Shown here: positions 8,604 through 19,544 of the stretch, in pieces
Layout: each line of letters opens with the position of its first letter
Numbering within the stretch: position 1 is the stretch's first letter
Assembly: GCA_963765765.1 (NCBI GenBank)
Contig: CAVXYC010000032.1
Location: 1-64,000, forward strand
Source: an uncultured Chloroflexia bacterium
Lineage (GTDB): Bacteria > Chloroflexota > UBA6077 > JACCZL01
Reading direction: 5' to 3'
DNA: 64,000 nt
Notes under the pieces: generated by a model
The model's database searches: none
Seen by the model: the letters and a program-made list of their open reading frames with translations, nothing else
Told to the model about the DNA's origin: nothing
Position numbers and translations under genes: made by a program

Positions 8604-8932
8604 TGGCTTCAACAGGAAACGACTACGAGCAGATCCGAGAAGGCATGACCGTGGTGGACCTCGGCGGTGCCCACGTCGGCACGGTCAAGGAGATCGTCGG
8701 TGAGATGCCCATGGCCGTTGGGGGCCGCGAGTCGGCACCGGTGGGGCGCAACCAGGAAGCACGCCGAGCGGGCGAAGGCTTCAAAGGGTATCTGACTATC
8801 GATCACGCCGGTGGCCCGCTGTACTTGCCGTTCAGCATGGTCAATCGCGTGAACCAGGACCGAGTGGAGCTCATCGCAGCTGCAGACGGACTTGACACCC
8901 TTACCTGGGGCAGGCCGCCAGACATCGACTGA
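8603..8932 (+). CDS. DUF2171/PRC-barrel-like protein
   Basis: IREGMTVVDLGGAHVGTVKE, LYLPFSMVNRVNQDRVEL, WGRPP. Confidence 0.7.
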   Translation: MASTGNDYEQIREGMTVVDLGGAHVGTVKEIVGEMPMAVGGRESAPVGRNQEARRAGEGFKGYLTIDHAGGPLYLPFSMVNRVNQDRVELIAAADGLDTLTWGRPPDID

Positions 8933-9065
8933 ATCAACCCCATCCAGTGCGCGCTTCGGCGCTTTCCTTCCTAGGTCCAGACGTATGGGAGGAACGTGCT
9001 GAAGCGCACACTCCATCCTATGAGGCCTATGATGCTCATTGCCGCGAGACGCGGGGGAGTAGGCA

Positions 9066-9989
9066 ATGGGCGATTTACTCAAGGGCAAAGTGGCTGTCGT
9101 CACAGGCGCGGGTCGGGGTATCGGCCAGGCTGAGGCGCTGGCTCTGGCGGCTGAGGGCGCGAGCGTCGTCGTGAACGATCTGGGTGTGGAGCGCGGCGGC
9201 GGAGGCGGGGTCGGCGGTGGACCGGCTGACGAGACGGTGGCTGAGATCCACAGGCGCGGTGGCGAGGCTGTGGCCAGCTACGAGTCCGTAGCCGACTATC
9301 AAGCCGCGGGGCGGATCATCCAGACCGCTCTGAATGTCTTTGGGCGACTTGACATCCTGGTCAACAATGCCGGGATCTTTCGAGACGGGCTATTCCACGA
9401 GGTGACTGAGGATGATTGGGACAACATCGTCACAGTGCACCTCAAGGGCACCTTTAACACCTGCCATCACGCCATACCCATCATGATGAAGCAGCGGTCC
9501 GGCCGGATCATTAACACGGCTTCCAGCCAATGGCGGAATCCCGAGGGACGAGCGTCGTACGCCGCGGCGAAGGGCGGAATCGTAAGCCTGACCTACGATC
9601 TTGCCTGGGAGATGCGGCCGTACAACGTGACGGTGAACGCCATCGCCCCGATGGCTTTGACGCGCAGCTCAGCCAATACGTCGGACTACGCAGCCCACGT
9701 GGCCGCCGCTGGGCTGACACGCAACAAGCCCGCCGATGAGGCCAATCGTCCCGCCCCGGAATTCGTCGCACCGATGGTCGTGTATCTTGCGACCGATCTT
9801 GCACCCGAGGTCACCGGATGCGTCTTCCGCGTAGGCGCGGGAAAGATCGGCCTGTACTCGCACCCTTCAGAGATTCGCTCAATCTATCGGAATCACCTGG
9901 AAACTGGCCCCTGGCCGATCGAGGAGCTTCAGGCGCTGTTGCCATCCACAATCCTGCAGGGCAATCCGAAGGCACCCCACATCTCATAG
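9066..9989 (+). CDS. Short-chain dehydrogenase/reductase
   Basis: TGAGRGIG, VNNAG, YAAAK catalytic motif. Confidence 0.95.
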   Translation: MGDLLKGKVAVVTGAGRGIGQAEALALAAEGASVVVNDLGVERGGGGGVGGGPADETVAEIHRRGGEAVASYESVADYQAAGRIIQTALNVFGRLDILVNNAGIFRDGLFHEVTEDDWDNIVTVHLKGTFNTCHHAIPIMMKQRSGRIINTASSQWRNPEGRASYAAAKGGIVSLTYDLAWEMRPYNVTVNAIAPMALTRSSANTSDYAAHVAAAGLTRNKPADEANRPAPEFVAPMVVYLATDLAPEVTGCVFRVGAGKIGLYSHPSEIRSIYRNHLETGPWPIEELQALLPSTILQGNPKAPHIS

Positions 9990-10025
9990 CCACTCGCTCG
10001 AGTACATACACCTGGGGTGCACTGG

Positions 10026-10943
10026 TTACATGTCTTGCGCGTCTGACGTCGCTTCATCCAGCGCCTCCACGGCCTGCTGAACTTGCAGTGGGAGACGGAG
10101 CGCGGAAGACCCCGGGCTCTTGTCTGGAACTTGAGCGAATCCCTGACCGCCCACCGCGAGCATGGTCTCGTGCGATGCCAGACGTGGCGCCAGTCGGTCG
10201 CAGATATCGTTGGCCTGGCGCGCGGCAGGAAACTGCGTGGCGGATAGGATGACAACGGTCGGGCGGAGCGCTTCCGAGACACGCTCGATCTCGCGCAGCG
10301 GAGTGTTCGCGCCAAGCGAGAGCACGCGCCAGCCACGCCGGCGTAGAAAGAGCCCCAGCATGGCCGGGCCTATCTCGTGAAGCTCGCCAGGAGGACACGC
10401 CTGGACCGCGAATCTGTTGGATTCGATGAACGCAAATGATCTGCTGAGTGTGGCGATCCGGTCGCGTATGAGACTACTGGCGATGTGCTCGGCCGCCACT
10501 GGCAGCTCTTCCCTCCACCAGAGCTCACCGATCCGTCGGAGCATCGGCTCGATCACGTCGATACACACGCGCTCCACCGAATACACGAGAAACGCGTCGC
10601 TCAAGATGGCGTCCGCACGGGTCTCGTCGTAGGCGATGCAGGCGCTGACGAGTCGCTCGGCATATCCCTGAGCCAGTCGAGGGCTGGATGTCGCGAGCTG
10701 CGAGCCGCCCGCATCCAGGCCGCGCACGTGTCGTGCGGCAACGGATGGAGCAACACCCTCGGCCACGAGCTGGCGCATGCGTATGACTGTGGATAGGTCC
10801 TCTTCTGAGTACTGGCGCCGCCCTGTTTTCGTGCGCGCGGGCTTTGGCACTCCGTAGCGTCGTTCCCATGCTCGCAATGTGACGTCCGGTATTCCTGAAC
10901 GTCGCGCAAGCGCTCCGATGTTGAACGAAACGGACTCACTCAT
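10026..10943 (-). CDS. carH: MerR-family cobalamin-binding photoreceptor repressor (CarH/LitR)
   Basis: MerR HTH (TLRAWERRYG), Wx9EH motif (WWREELPVAAEH), B12 motif ELHEIG and SLGANTP. Confidence 0.88.
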   Translation of the reverse strand: MSESVSFNIGALARRSGIPDVTLRAWERRYGVPKPARTKTGRRQYSEEDLSTVIRMRQLVAEGVAPSVAARHVRGLDAGGSQLATSSPRLAQGYAERLVSACIAYDETRADAILSDAFLVYSVERVCIDVIEPMLRRIGELWWREELPVAAEHIASSLIRDRIATLSRSFAFIESNRFAVQACPPGELHEIGPAMLGLFLRRRGWRVLSLGANTPLREIERVSEALRPTVVILSATQFPAARQANDICDRLAPRLASHETMLAVGGQGFAQVPDKSPGSSALRLPLQVQQAVEALDEATSDAQDM

Positions 10944-10949
10944 CAATTC

Positions 10950-10968
10950 ATTGTAGATATTTTGTCTA
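10950..10968 (-). promoter_or_regulatory. CarH-type operator overlapping the carH -10 box
   Basis: Minus strand TAGACA-aaata-TCTACA: two TnnACA units with an 11-bp period; TACAAT lies 6 nt before the ATG. Confidence 0.6.
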
Positions 10969-11032
10969 GATATGCACTGACTTGCCCGTCTGGGACTGCG
11001 CGCACAAATGAGATGTGAATTGAGGTGATGAG

Positions 11033-11683
11033 ATGAAGAGTGTCGCGGTCGCCTCCGGTGCAATGTCTGCAAGCAGCTCACTTCTCTCGAAGGTGTTGTC
11101 ACGCACCGCGGCGCGGCCATCTCAGCAGTACGGAGCAGACGGAGGGGTCAACGCCGTCATTGAGCATCGGATGCGTGCCGGATCCACGTTTCTGGATCCG
11201 TGGTGGCTTCTTACTCAGACGCAGCATGTGCCTCGCCCATTGGACGAGGTCTTCGAGTTCTTCAGTAACGCGGAAAATTTGGAGACACTCACACCGAGCT
11301 TCCTTGGATTCGAGATTCAGAGCCGCACGCCGATTCAGATGAGCGTAGGCTCGCGCATCGCGTATCGATTGCGTCTGTGCGGAATTGGCGTGCGGTGGCT
11401 CACTGGGATTGAATGTTGGAACCCGCCGGAGTCCTTTGTCGACGTGCAGCTTCGAGGACCGTATCGACGTTGGCGTCACCATCATCACTTTCAGACAGCC
11501 CCAGATGGGGGAACGATCATGACCGATCGAGTTGAGATCCAGCTTCCGTTCGGACCACTCGGGATCGTTGCTTACTACGCCTTCGTACGAAAGATGCTCA
11601 CTGAGATCTTCACGTACCGAGCAGCCGTTCTCGATCGGTTGTCCCGCTACGCTCGATTTCGAGATCCGGCGGTGACCGAATAA
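11033..11683 (+). CDS. SRPBCC family protein (start uncertain)
   Basis: VFEFFSNAENLETLTP, FVDVQLRGPYRRWRHHHHF, LPFGPLG. Confidence 0.85.
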   Translation: MKSVAVASGAMSASSSLLSKVLSRTAARPSQQYGADGGVNAVIEHRMRAGSTFLDPWWLLTQTQHVPRPLDEVFEFFSNAENLETLTPSFLGFEIQSRTPIQMSVGSRIAYRLRLCGIGVRWLTGIECWNPPESFVDVQLRGPYRRWRHHHHFQTAPDGGTIMTDRVEIQLPFGPLGIVAYYAFVRKMLTEIFTYRAAVLDRLSRYARFRDPAVTE

Positions 11684-11752
11684 CAATGCCGCCCGCCCCG
11701 CGCCCTTATGTGTGGGAGGACTGGCTGCATTCCGCCAGAATGGTTCCGCTAA

Positions 11753-13107
11753 ATGACCGTCGTCTGGCCGAGAACCGGGTCTTGCGTGGTGTACTGGGCG
11801 CAGAACGCCCATCGCGGAGTGGATAACGAAGCGCTCAATGCTGCGATTGCGTTGGGCGATGACCTGGGCGTTGGTGTCGTCGTGTACGTCGCCGTGCACA
11901 CGGGTTTGCCACACGCCACGGAGCGGAGCTACTCATTTCTCATCGATGGACTACGCGATATGGCCGGATCGCTTCGGTACCGGGGCATTCGGCTTGTGGC
12001 GCGGATTGAGAAACCCGAGATTGGGGTTCCGCGGTTCATCCATGAGATCGACGCGGCCGCGTTAGTTACCGATCGATCGGCACTTCAATTCGGTCGAGCC
12101 TTGCGCGCTCTGGTTACCGATCGAGTGGAAATCCCGTGCTTTGAGGTCGATTCTGAACACGTAGTACCGCTGCATATTCCGGCCGTCCGTTCACGAACGC
12201 CTGGTCATTGCGGAAGTATCTTGAAGAGCGTCTGGATTTCTGGCTCTGGTCCCGGCATGATCCGGTTCCGAAGGTGTGTCATGAGGGCGCGGATGGTCTC
12301 AACCTGGCGCGGCCTGTCGGTCGATTGTTAGATGAGCTCGATATCGATCGATCGGTGTGCCAGGTCCGAGGCCTCTCTGGTGGGACTTGCGAGGCAAGCC
12401 GTCGACTCGGTCTCTTTCTCACCGCGGCGCCTTCTGAAGCTGATTCGCGGGATAGCGCTCATTCGCGCCTGTCGCCGTATCTGCGATTCGGGCATTACTC
12501 ACCTATCGCCGTTGTTCGCGCTCTAAGAGTGGCTCAGAGTGAAGAACTCCGGCGGACGCTCGAGGAAGTGTTGACGCGGCGAGAGCTCGCCGCGAACTTC
12601 ACGTGGTATACGCCCAGGTACTGGACGCTGAGTGCCACGCCGAGTTGGGCCAGAGAGACTCTGCGTAAGCATGCTGATGAACGTCTACCGCAAACCTATG
12701 CGCTGGAGGAGCTTTGCGCGGCCGCCACGGACGACCTACTCTGGAACGCTTCCCAGCTCGAGCTGCTGCACACCGGTCGTATTCGGCCGTACATGAGAAT
12801 GTACTGGGGCAAGCGCCTGGTGGAGTGGTTCGCCGATCCATCGGAGGGACTACGAACGACGCTCTGGCTCAACGACCACTATGCGCTGGATGGTCGCAGT
12901 CCAAATGGTGTCGCCAATATCCAATGGTGCTTCGGACTTCACGACCGGCCATTTCCGGAACGGGCTAGGTTGGGCCAGGTGCGCCCGCTGGGCACCGCCG
13001 GGGTACGCCGACACCTGGACATGGAAGGATATATACGCTGGGCATCGGGGCTTGGTGAGGCGGCGTCGCGGAGTTTCCGCGAGCGCGTAGCACAGCCAGC
13101 GGTCTGA
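11753..13107 (+). CDS. phr: Class II CPD photolyase, frameshifted near 12190
   Basis: N-part VVYWAQNAHRGVDNEAL; C-part SRLSPYLRFG, YMRMYWGK, YALDGRSPNG, GLHDRPF. Confidence 0.85.
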
Positions 13108-13187
13108 CCGTCGCGCTGAATCAGATGCGCGGCATTCTTGGCGAAGACGCATGCGGCCGCCGACAATAACAGTGGCCGTTGGTGTCC

Positions 13188-13853
13188 ATGCAGTCCGAAC
13201 CGCGATCCAGCATCCCATCACTTACCTGGCGCTCTGCTCTGCCATCGGTGAAGCGGGCGCTTGTCAGGTTCGCGTTCGTCGGGATGACCCCTATCGTCGC
13301 GTTCTACCTTGTGTACCGGATGCTGGGGCCTATCGAGGGTATGCTCGCGGGGACGGCGACTGCCACTGTGGCGCTTGGCATACAGGCGATTCGGATGCGT
13401 CGGTTCGATCCTGTGGGATTGGTCCCAATTGGCGCCGTGCTCATTCAAGGCGGCGTTGGGATTGCATTCCAATCCGTTGATTTGTACCTGGCTGCGCCAG
13501 CACTTGAAACATCACTCTGGGGCGTAGTGCTACTTGGCTCGGTTCTCGTGGGGCGTCCGCTCATCTTGCTCGTGGCTAACGAGCTCGAGCTACTCCCGTC
13601 GAGTATTCGAGGCGCTCCAACCGTGCGGCACGCGTCCCGGCAGTTGACGGTCTGTTGGGGGCTACTGGCCTTTTTAAAGGCGGGCACGCGCTTGTTCCTG
13701 CTGGACATATTGCCTCTGGAGCTGTTCCTCATCGCCAATTCGGTCGTGATTTCCAGCATGAACGCTCTCATGCTACTTTTTACGATGTGGTGGGTCGCCC
13801 GAGCTGCTCGGAGGGTTGCACCACCCACCTCATTAGCCGCCTCAACAGCCTGA
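13188..13853 (+). CDS. Membrane protein (VC0807/septation protein A-like)
   Basis: About six hydrophobic segments; LLGSVLVGRPL motif; cotranscribed with the photolyase. Confidence 0.6.
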   Translation: MQSEPRSSIPSLTWRSALPSVKRALVRFAFVGMTPIVAFYLVYRMLGPIEGMLAGTATATVALGIQAIRMRRFDPVGLVPIGAVLIQGGVGIAFQSVDLYLAAPALETSLWGVVLLGSVLVGRPLILLVANELELLPSSIRGAPTVRHASRQLTVCWGLLAFLKAGTRLFLLDILPLELFLIANSVVISSMNALMLLFTMWWVARAARRVAPPTSLAASTA

Positions 13854-14101
13854 TCTGCCCGCGAACGGGCAGGGGTGGTAGAATCGCGAACTGATGCGTT
13901 TTCGGTCGCCAGCCCTGAGCGGGCGGGGCCGGGCGGACCCAGTACCCGATGACGGCTGCCAGCTGGGCGTCGCGGATGAATTGCCATCCCGGATGAGCTT
14001 TGTGATCCCAGTGATGTTCGTGCGTCAGATGCCCCATTGTGTGGCTTCGTGACAGCGCCCTCTCCAAGACATGCTGAATTGACGCTCCAGGAGCGCGGAT
14101 A

Positions 14102-15533
14102 GTGATTGCCAGCCGGACCATGGAAGCACGGTCTTTTGACTACCGTGCTCTGGCGGGGCTCATCACTCTCGGCTTGATGGCGCTTGCGATAGCGGCGATC
14201 GCGGTCATACCGACGCTCGAGATCAGCCTCGCCATCATGGCCGTCACGTTCGTCGTCATCGGCACGCTAATTCGGCCCGGATTGGGAGTGCTTCTACTCC
14301 TTGCTCTGGTCCCCTACTCGGGAATCTTCAAACTATCGCTTGGCGACTTTGACCTCTCTCCCACGGAACCACTCTTCGCCCTCTTCCTCGTGTCCTGGGC
14401 GCTGCGTTCAACCATCACTCATGGCGTCCAGCTTCCAAAGGGTCGCTATCTTGCACCGGTCGCAACCCTGCTACTCGTGGTGATCGCGTCATCGCTCGCA
14501 ACGACCAAGCTGTCGCTTACGCTCAAGGAAGGGATTAAATGGCTAGAGATCGTACTGCTAGCCAGCTATGTCTCGGTGTACTTCAGGGAGGGCCGCGCAA
14601 TACTCGCTCTCCTGAGCGCGTTGTTCGTGGCGGCTAGTGCTGAGGCGCTGTACGGCGTGTTTCAGTTTGTCACGGGGTCAGGACCTGCGTCGTTTGCACT
14701 CGGCCCGTTCATTCGCTCATTCGGCCACTTCGGTCAGCCGAACCCATTCGCCGGTTATCTCGCGTCGGTATTGCCGCTGGCTCTTGTATGTGCGTTCACA
14801 AGCTCGCACCGTTGGTTTCGCATTCTGTCGATCGGGTGCGCGGGTGTCACAGCCATGGCCATCGTGATGAGCCTCTCACGTGGAGCCTGGCTGGGCTTAA
14901 TGATTGCCCTGGTGGTCATGCTATTGAGCTGGAGGAAGTCCGCCGCTCGCGCCGTGGCCGGCCTGGGGTTCGTGGTGCTACTTGTGGGAATACTCGCGGA
15001 AACGAATCTTCTGCCTCCTGTTCTGGCCGATCGGCTCGCGCCAATGGTTGAGTATTTCGGGGTTTTTGACGTTCGTGGAGTCAGTCCCACTCCGGAGAAC
15101 TTTGCGCTGATCGAGCGGCTCGCACACTGGCAAGCGGGTTGGGAGATGTTCCTTGAGAATCCCATCCTGGGAGTTGGCGCGGGGAACTATCCCGCTCGGT
15201 ACATTGACTATTTCTTGCCGGGGTGGCCGGATTCGCTTGGACACGCTCACAACTTTTACTTGAACATGGCAGCTGAAACCGGGGTTGGCGGCATGCTTGC
15301 CCTTGTATGGGTGTTGGGATCGCTTGATGGCTACGGCTCGCGGAGCGTTCGTGCGATCGGAAGGGTTCTCGCGAGGGTTGGCACTGGGTTTACTCGGGGC
15401 CACGGTGGTATTCGCAGTGCATAGCTTCTTCGATAACCTGCTAGTGAACAGTATGGCAATACAGATTGGCGTATTTCTGGGTCTGGCGATGATGATGCAC
15501 GATTCCACGGAGAGGGACATGACGGTTGGCTAA
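14102..15533 (+). CDS. O-antigen ligase family membrane protein, frameshifted near 15320
   Basis: FGQPNPFAGYL, SLSRGAW, ERLAHW, GVGAGNY, HAHNFYLNMAAETG; C-terminal VHSFFDNL in ORF 15285..15533. Confidence 0.85.
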
Positions 15534-16596
15534 AGAGTCCGCCACGCTTCCACCCGAGCCGGATGAGATGCTGGTCGCGGAGGTGGAGACGGCGCCAGAG
15601 CCCCTTTCACGACGCTTCCTAAACAAGCGCACGCTTCTCTCCTTCCTGATCGCGTTCGGCATTCTGGCTGTCGTGATGAGCCGAATCAACGTGGAGGCGG
15701 GGGCCATTTGGGCGCGACTCTCCCAGGCGGACCCGCGTTGGTACGCGCTTGCATTTTTGACGTACTACATCACGTTCCCCCTGCGAGGACTCCGATGGCG
15801 GAAGCTTCTGCAGAATGCCGGTATGGAGCAAGACGTTGGTATCAAGCTCCCGTCGCTGCGCGAAATCTCAGAAATCATCATGCTCTCCTGGTTCGCCAAC
15901 TGCATCGTGCCCGCGAAGCTGGGGGATGCATACCGCGCATTTCTCCTCAAGCGCACTTCCATGGCGTCATTTGCCATGACCTTCGGAACGATCCTGGCTG
16001 AGCGGATCATCGATACACTGCTGGTCTTCTTGTTGCTGGGCGGCGCGGCCCTGGTCGTGTTCAGCGGACATCTTCCCAATACCGTTATGACCATTCTCCA
16101 GGCGGGATCAGTTCTCGCGGTACTTGTCATCGCCGGACTGGTGGTGATGCGCAATTTCGGCGGGTTTATCGTTCGGCTGGTTCCGGCGCGCTTCCAGAAG
16201 CACTATGGGAGCTTTGAGAAGGGTACGCTGGGCTCGTTCAAGAGCTTGCCTGTCGTACTGTTGTTCTCGCTCGGCGCGTGGGCGGTGGAGGCATCGAGGC
16301 TGTACTTCGTGGGACTTTCACTTGGTGTGGAGTGGAGCTCTACAACCATGATCGTCTTTGTTGCCATGGCCTCGGCGCTCCTCACCACGCTCCCGATCAC
16401 TCCCGCCGGCCTCGGCTTTGTCGAGTCAGCCATGGTGGGCATCCTGCTGGTGGCGGGCCGCATGGGCATCATTCCTGGGATGGATGAGTCGCTGGCGACG
16501 TCGGTGGCGATTCTTGACCGCAGCATCAGTTATTGGAGCCTCGTGCTGGTGGGCCTGGTGCTGTATCTGGTGCGGCGTCGCAAGGCGCTCATTTAG
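15526..16596 (+). CDS. Lysylphosphatidylglycerol synthase TM-domain / flippase-like protein (UPF0104)
   Basis: LRGLRWR, PAKLGDAYRA, ERIID, TPAGLGFVE. Confidence 0.88.
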   Translation: MAKESATLPPEPDEMLVAEVETAPEPLSRRFLNKRTLLSFLIAFGILAVVMSRINVEAGAIWARLSQADPRWYALAFLTYYITFPLRGLRWRKLLQNAGMEQDVGIKLPSLREISEIIMLSWFANCIVPAKLGDAYRAFLLKRTSMASFAMTFGTILAERIIDTLLVFLLLGGAALVVFSGHLPNTVMTILQAGSVLAVLVIAGLVVMRNFGGFIVRLVPARFQKHYGSFEKGTLGSFKSLPVVLLFSLGAWAVEASRLYFVGLSLGVEWSSTTMIVFVAMASALLTTLPITPAGLGFVESAMVGILLVAGRMGIIPGMDESLATSVAILDRSISYWSLVLVGLVLYLVRRRKALI

Positions 16597-16627
16597 TGAC
16601 TCACTCGAGTCATCGGGCGGGCGTCTG

Positions 16628-17785
16628 ATGCGCATCGCCGTCGACTACACCGCCGCGGTTAATCAGACGGCGGGGATTGGGCGATTCGTCCGCTCGCTCA
16701 TCAAGGGCGTGGTAGATATAGACCAGCGCAATCAGTACCTGCTTGTCCACGCGCGGCCGAATGAGGACGCCGTCCTGGACTTTCCAACCGCCAGCAATGT
16801 CTCGCGTAGGCAGCTGCCCATTTCCGAGCGGCTGCTCACGATTCTCTGGCATCGAGCAAACTTGCCATTGCCGGTCGATGTCTTTACCGGCGCCGTCGAC
16901 CTTTTCCATTCTCCCGATTTTGTTCTGCCGCCCCTTCGGGGTACGAAAAGTATCCTGACCGTTCACGATCTAGCATTCCTGCTCTTCCCCGAGTGCGCCC
17001 ACGAGGCATTGCGCGAGTATCTCCTGCGTGTGGTGCCTCGCTCAGCCCGACGTGCTTCGTTCATCGTTGCCGATTCGGAGAATACTGCCAATGACGTGAT
17101 CTGCTTGCTGGGGGTCCCTCCAGAGCAGGTGGCCGTGGTGCCCGGCGGTGTTGATCCGCGATTTCAGCCCATAACAGATCCCGAACGCCTCCGCGTGATG
17201 CGCCGACTGCTCGGAGTGGAGATCGCGCCGTACGTGCTATTCGTGGGCGTGATAGAGCCGCGAAAGAATCTCCAGGGGCTGATCCAGGCCTTTGAGCTCA
17301 TCAAGAAGCGCCATCGATTGCCACATAAGCTCGTCGTGGTGGGTCGTAAGGGCTGGCTTTCTGATGGCATTTACGAGAAGTATGAGCAATCGCAAGTGCG
17401 CCAGGACATCGTCTTTCCGGGCTTCATTCCGGACGAAGATCTGCCCACTCTTTACTCGGCGGCCTCCGTGCTGGTGATGCCGTCGTTCTATGAAGGATTC
17501 GGTCTTCCGTTACTCGAGGCGATGGCCTGCGGTACGCCAGTGGTGGCGTCCAACGCCGCGTCCCTCCCGGAGGTAGTCGGTGATGCGGCTCCGCAAGTGG
17601 ATCCTAACGACATCGACGCACTGGCCGAGGCACTGGCCCAGGTACTCACGGACGACACGCTTCGAGCCGTAAATCGAGCCCGCGGTCTCGAGCGCGCCGC
17701 CCAATTCACCTGGCAAGCCGCCGCGCAGAAGCTCCTGGACGTATACGAGCGTGTGGGCGCCGACGCGAAGGTCGGCGTAGCGTAG
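16628..17785 (+). CDS. Glycosyltransferase family 4
   Basis: TVHDL, EPRKN, YEGFGLPLLEAMACG. Confidence 0.93.
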   Translation: MRIAVDYTAAVNQTAGIGRFVRSLIKGVVDIDQRNQYLLVHARPNEDAVLDFPTASNVSRRQLPISERLLTILWHRANLPLPVDVFTGAVDLFHSPDFVLPPLRGTKSILTVHDLAFLLFPECAHEALREYLLRVVPRSARRASFIVADSENTANDVICLLGVPPEQVAVVPGGVDPRFQPITDPERLRVMRRLLGVEIAPYVLFVGVIEPRKNLQGLIQAFELIKKRHRLPHKLVVVGRKGWLSDGIYEKYEQSQVRQDIVFPGFIPDEDLPTLYSAASVLVMPSFYEGFGLPLLEAMACGTPVVASNAASLPEVVGDAAPQVDPNDIDALAEALAQVLTDDTLRAVNRARGLERAAQFTWQAAAQKLLDVYERVGADAKVGVA

Positions 17786-17846
17786 TCCTCAACCAACCTC
17801 AGAGTCGCATCCGATCAGAATGCGGAGCCTCTCGCGGGAGGAACGC

Positions 17847-19544
17847 CTAGTGCGTGTTGAATATCTCCTGGTACTCGTCCAGCTTTGACTTGATGGCCGC
17901 GAGCTCCTCTTTCGTTGGCGAATGGGGATCAGCGGCCGGTGGAAGCGCACCAAGCTTGAGCATGGCCGCCATGAGCAGCAGTCGAGCTTTGTTGGCGGTC
18001 AGATTCAATCCTGAGACGTAGAGATAGGGCGGATTGCGCGGCACCATACCGTCCGCGTTACCACGACCGACCTTGACGACCGGCATCCCTGAGCACACGG
18101 CCGTGAGCAGCGCCGCCTCGATGGCATTGGTGAGGCCCCCAAACGGGGCGGAGCCCTCGGCAACAAACCCGGCCAGCGGAGCTTCGGCAAGGTTGCGTTC
18201 GATGCGCGCCAGAAGGTCGACCTCTGTTTCCGCGGCGCCGCTGCTGTCGACCGGCTGGTATCGACCGCTCTTGACGAACGTGACCGACGGAATGGCGCTC
18301 GGCAGAAGTTTCCCTGATCCGTCTTTCACTGCCACGTCTGATGCAACGATCCGCCCTTGCTCGTTCCGTACTCCCGGGACGCTATGAGGCAGGACTGACG
18401 TTCGGACCTGTGACTTGTAGGTGTGTAGTCGCGCGGGTCGGTAGGTGAGGATGGGCGGCCCGGGCTGACCGATGGAGCCCAGCACCCCGCCATGCCCGCC
18501 CGTGGTCACATAACCGCCGGGTCGCGCGTCACCCTTTTGCGTATCACGCGAAGAGAAAATCATCTCGTCCAGAATCAGCACCGCTCCGAGCGTGTCACGT
18601 CCCTGCTCGTCTTGCCAGATGCCCGATATGACGTAATCCACAGAATCCATGAGATTACGATCGCCATCATTGGAGAGCGATCCGTGTGGTCGCTGAGATG
18701 AGTTTCCGCAGATAGGCGCCGTTGTATCGATGAGGAGGTTGAGCCAGTAGGTCGTCTCATCGACAGATGGGCTGCCTTCCAACCAGATTCCGGCGGCGTA
18801 TTGCCCGGATCCCATTGCTTCCTGGACGGTATTTGTAATTCGGGCAAGTACGCCCATGGGCGGCTCGCTCCGGAGGTGCGGCGGACGATATCCCCAGAAG
18901 TGCTCGTTCATCGTCTCCGGAGAGATGTCGCCCTCGCCCTCATCGGTTCGCTCGGCCGCGCTTTTGCCCTTCTTGTAGCCACCGGACGGAGCCGCGCGAT
19001 AGAAGTGGAAGTCGGCTTTGGATGAGAGTGTATTGGCCAGGCCATCATCGTCTAATCCAAATCGGTCGATCTCCTCGACGATGCGCTCGGCGTCTGGATA
19101 GAAGGTCTGGCGGCAAAGCTCCGCGGACGCCAGCGGGTAGGCACATTGAGAGTCCCACGCAGAGCCGTCCTTCTGCCGCGCCATGTACGGAAACCAGTAA
19201 AGGCCGTCGCTTGGCTCGAGCGTGATCTCGTAGACGGGTGTATCAGTCTCAGACTGCCGCTCCTGGTGAAACTGGCCGTCAGAGTTGATGTAACCATCTG
19301 GCGAGGCGTAGAGCTCCGCGGCGTCACGTTCCAGCGGGTGCGCCGAGAATTGAGTGACATAGACGGTCACGGGCGCGGCCAATCGCTGAGGACGTACTGC
19401 GTCGAACCGAATTGGCGAGCCATCCGAATAGGTGAGTAGCGGCAGGCCGTATTTCGCGCGGGCCTTATTGGAGGTCACCAGCGGCTCGGAGTTCTGAATG
19501 GTGGCGGTTGGTCCAGAGAAGATCGCAATGCGGGGTTTAGGCAT
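17847..19544 (-). CDS. Divergent asparaginase-domain protein (565 aa)
   Basis: ETTYWLNL..DTTAPICGNSSQRP, DGDRNL, MPVVKVGRG, LTANKARLLLMAA, YQEIFNTH. Confidence 0.7.
   Translation of the reverse strand: MPKPRIAIFSGPTATIQNSEPLVTSNKARAKYGLPLLTYSDGSPIRFDAVRPQRLAAPVTVYVTQFSAHPLERDAAELYASPDGYINSDGQFHQERQSETDTPVYEITLEPSDGLYWFPYMARQKDGSAWDSQCAYPLASAELCRQTFYPDAERIVEEIDRFGLDDDGLANTLSSKADFHFYRAAPSGGYKKGKSAAERTDEGEGDISPETMNEHFWGYRPPHLRSEPPMGVLARITNTVQEAMGSGQYAAGIWLEGSPSVDETTYWLNLLIDTTAPICGNSSQRPHGSLSNDGDRNLMDSVDYVISGIWQDEQGRDTLGAVLILDEMIFSSRDTQKGDARPGGYVTTGGHGGVLGSIGQPGPPILTYRPARLHTYKSQVRTSVLPHSVPGVRNEQGRIVASDVAVKDGSGKLLPSAIPSVTFVKSGRYQPVDSSGAAETEVDLLARIERNLAEAPLAGFVAEGSAPFGGLTNAIEAALLTAVCSGMPVVKVGRGNADGMVPRNPPYLYVSGLNLTANKARLLLMAAMLKLGALPPAADPHSPTKEELAAIKSKLDEYQEIFNTH

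Noticed and set aside
13780-14121. His/Trp-rich minus-strand ORF (MGHLTHEHHWDHKAH...)
   Set aside because: Overlaps both neighbouring genes and has no recognisable family motif.
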